Below are positions 61,401-64,000 of a stretch of DNA of 64,000 nucleotides, piece by piece. Location of the stretch: assembly GCF_009914755.1 (NCBI RefSeq), contig NC_060928.1; one strand, 5' to 3'. A program made the translations under genes and the position numbers. How positions within the stretch are numbered: position 1 is the first letter of the stretch; each line of letters opens with the position of its first letter. Source of the stretch: the human T2T-CHM13v2.0 reference genome, Homo sapiens. The notes under the pieces are model-generated. The model did no database searches. It was not told where the DNA came from and worked only from the letters and a program-made list of their open reading frames with translations.

Positions 61401-62484
61401 ACAGAGGTAAGGCCGGCAAATCTGCCATCGGAAGCTCTAACGGTTAGCTCGTAGCGGCTTCTTAACTGAGTTGTGTTTTGGACAGTGAGAGCACCAGTCT
61501 TGTAGTCCATAGAAAACTTCTCCCCGATGTTGCCTTCGGTGATGGAGTAAATCAACTGTGAGAATGCACTTGAATCAGCATCTGTAGCATTTACTGTGAT
61601 GACTTTTACTCCTTTGTATGTTGGTAACAAAAGAGATGCTTCATATAATGGCTTGGCAAACACAGGGGGGCAGTCATTAATGTCAATTACATGTACTGTT
61701 ACATTCGCTGCATACTCAGCAAATAAACGTGGGGTTCCCATGTCATGCACTTGGACGGTAAAGTGAAAAATACTTGTTTCTTCATAGTCCAGACTTAGTA
61801 CTGTATGAATAGCACCAGTGCTAGAATCAATAGCAAAATATGTGTGTACAGATGGTTCAACAATGTGATATACAAGCAAAGCATTTGAGTCTTTATCAGC
61901 ATCAGCTGCTCGAATCACCAGTGGGACATTCCTGTCTGTTAGGACCACGCTGTTAATTGAGGCTGATTCACTAATGAGTCCTGTATATTCTGCCTGCATA
62001 AAAACTGGCGCGTTGTCATTCTCATCCTGCAAGTGAACTAGAACCGTTGTATTAGTGGACAAACCAGCCATGTTAGTTCCTTGTATTATCAATGTGTAAA
62101 TGGGCAAAGTTTCAAAGTCCAGGGCTTTCTGAGTGATGATAGTTCCAGAATGTGGATTAATATCAAAAGCATCACCTGTATTTCCATCTTTTATTTCATA
62201 CACCACTGATGATTGACTATGGGCTGTAACCATCCCAACGAAACTCCCAATGCTGACAGTTTCACTAAGTTCAACAGAATATTCTTTTGATGTAAACTTC
62301 GGAGAGGCGTTGTCAGCAATTGTGACAAAGATACGCACAGAAGTTATTTCACTCATTGGTGGACTGCCCTTATCTGTAGCTTTTACCATTAAATCATACT
62401 CCGCTTGGTTACTTCGATCTAATTCTTTGGCAGTTTTAATAGAGCCCAAGACAGGATCAATCATAAAAGAATTTCCAATATTTC
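58417..62484 (-). CDS. FAT1: FAT1 exon 10 (4068 nt), tandem cadherin repeats
   Basis: 1358-aa ORF with repeated LDRE/LDYE, DxNDNxP and A.D.G motifs; acceptor ttccag|GA at 62484, donor ACAG|gtaaaa at 58417; phase 1-1. Confidence 0.98.
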
Positions 62485-63062
62485 CTGGAAGGAGAGGAAA
62501 AAATACATGTTACAGAAAAACACAAGGGGCAGTAGTAGTAGTAGTTAGAGAAACAGAAACAAAGTATCCTTAAAAATTATATTCTGAAATTAAGCAGAAA
62601 CTCAGGGGATGTCAATATTTGAATGGAACCTTCAACTTGTTTTATTTTTATCCACCTAAAACCAGGTATACTTTACAGAATTTTGTCCATAAATGATGAA
62701 AAACAAAAAACAGAAGAAACAGCACTCTGCTCTTAGCGAAGCCAAAACTCCCTCTCTCGGCTGCACTGGGAATGTGTGGTGGAAAGACAAGGCTATCCTT
62801 CCACAAAGCAGTTGAGTGAGTCACTTTCCAGGAGTCCCTCAAAACACTTCTGGACCACATTTGTATTTTCAACGGTTATGACTTACAAATTCTTAAGATA
62901 TGTATTCATTACGAAAGATTTCGATTCAGTAAGAAATTGACATCAAGCTTCAAGAGACAATTGTCCATGGATAAATGTGTGTAACCCACCCCACTTTACA
63001 GGTTTTGAAGATTGCAACAACATTCCCTTCTTATCTTTTTCAGGTCAACTTATCCTCTAGGT

Positions 63063-63280
63063 CAGTGGTTTTCCCCTGGGGGCAATTCTGCTCCCTAGGA
63101 GACATCTGGTAATGCCTGCAGACATTTTTGGTTGTCACTACTTGTCGGAAGAGGGTGCTCCTGGCGTCTCGTGGGTGGAGACCAGGGGTGTTGCTAAGCA
63201 TCCTACAACGCACAGGACAGCCCTACACAACCAAAAATATCTGGTTCCAAATGTCAGCAGTGCTGAAGCTGAGAGGCTGC
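63063..63280 (+). mobile_element. MER20 (hAT-Charlie DNA transposon)
   Basis: cagtggtttt..gacatttttggttgtcac..gtgggtggagaccagggg..caaatgtcagcagtgctga. Confidence 0.85.
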
Positions 63281-64000
63281 TCAAAGATAGAGTGTTTTAC
63301 CTCCTTTTCTTTGGACCTTTTCAGGCTATACTGTATGTATCTTTAGCTGCAACCACAACTCCAGAATATTGTATAATTTTGTATCATCGACTGAATCTTC
63401 AAAGAAACAAGCAGTTCTCTACAGCCCTTTTGGATAAATCAGGGTGGCGTTGCAGGTTCTCAGGTTTAATCCATCCACGAGCCCATCCTTTTTCTGTTTC
63501 ATGAACAAGCACCCAGAATTCACCATCCCTGTCATAGCACAGAATTTATTTTCCCCAAATGAACTATTATACTTACCCAAAACAAAGCTCACTTGCCACT
63601 TAACTGCTTTCTCAGATTCTTGCTCTAGGTTTGCCACGAGTGTGGCATTTCACAGACCAGAACTGCTCAGTGTGAGCTGCACACCAGGGATTCACCAAGC
63701 ACTTTGTTCTCCACATCATTAACAGGAAACACTTCCTCTACAGTCTTCACTTCCTTCCTTTCATACATTTTCCAAAAATCCACGGCCATTTTTTAGAGAC
63801 CAGATCCAGCCTGCTTTTCATTAAGTCTTACTGGCTCTGCATCCGAGCCCCAAGGCAGTGCCTCAGTCTGCAACAGGGTGGAGGCCCAGGGTTTCTCTAG
63901 GCCCTGACGCTCTGAGCTGAACCCTGGCCGAGAACTGGGTCCTGCTGCCTCTGCCAGGCTTTTGAGACACTAATTTCCGGCCTGTCTGTACTTATGAGTC

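Noticed and set aside
58901-62573. Plus-strand ORFs of 63-139 aa over exon 10
   Set aside because: Antisense shadows of the FAT1 coding frame with no independent gene signals

Overview
Primate (very likely human, chr4q35) genomic DNA, not prokaryotic. Positions ~28.5-64 kb hold the 3' two-thirds of the FAT1 atypical cadherin gene on the minus strand. I traced 18 GT-AG coding exons (conventionally exons 10-27). They join in frame over 8957 nt and encode cadherin repeats, EGF, laminin-G, EGFs, a transmembrane helix and a cytoplasmic tail ending in HTEV-stop, followed by a ~0.8 kb 3'UTR with two AATAAA signals. Positions 1-28.3 kb are repeat-dense intergenic DNA (Alu, L1, L2, MIR, MaLR LTRs and a MER11 solo LTR). 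From recalled gene order this is the FAT1-MTNR1A interval, but MTNR1A is not visible here. I found no evidence of a novel gene or multi-gene system. The best leads are in the last FAT1 intron: four phase-1, frame-preserving cassette exons (60 and 36 nt matching known FAT1 inserts, plus 27 and 30 nt candidates) with SRRM4/RBFOX/QKI-type motifs, an internal donor that would give an NMD-escaping truncated tail, and a perfect 34-bp hairpin. There is also a consensus CTCF site just past the poly(A) site. Repeat subfamilies were called by eye and their boundaries are approximate.
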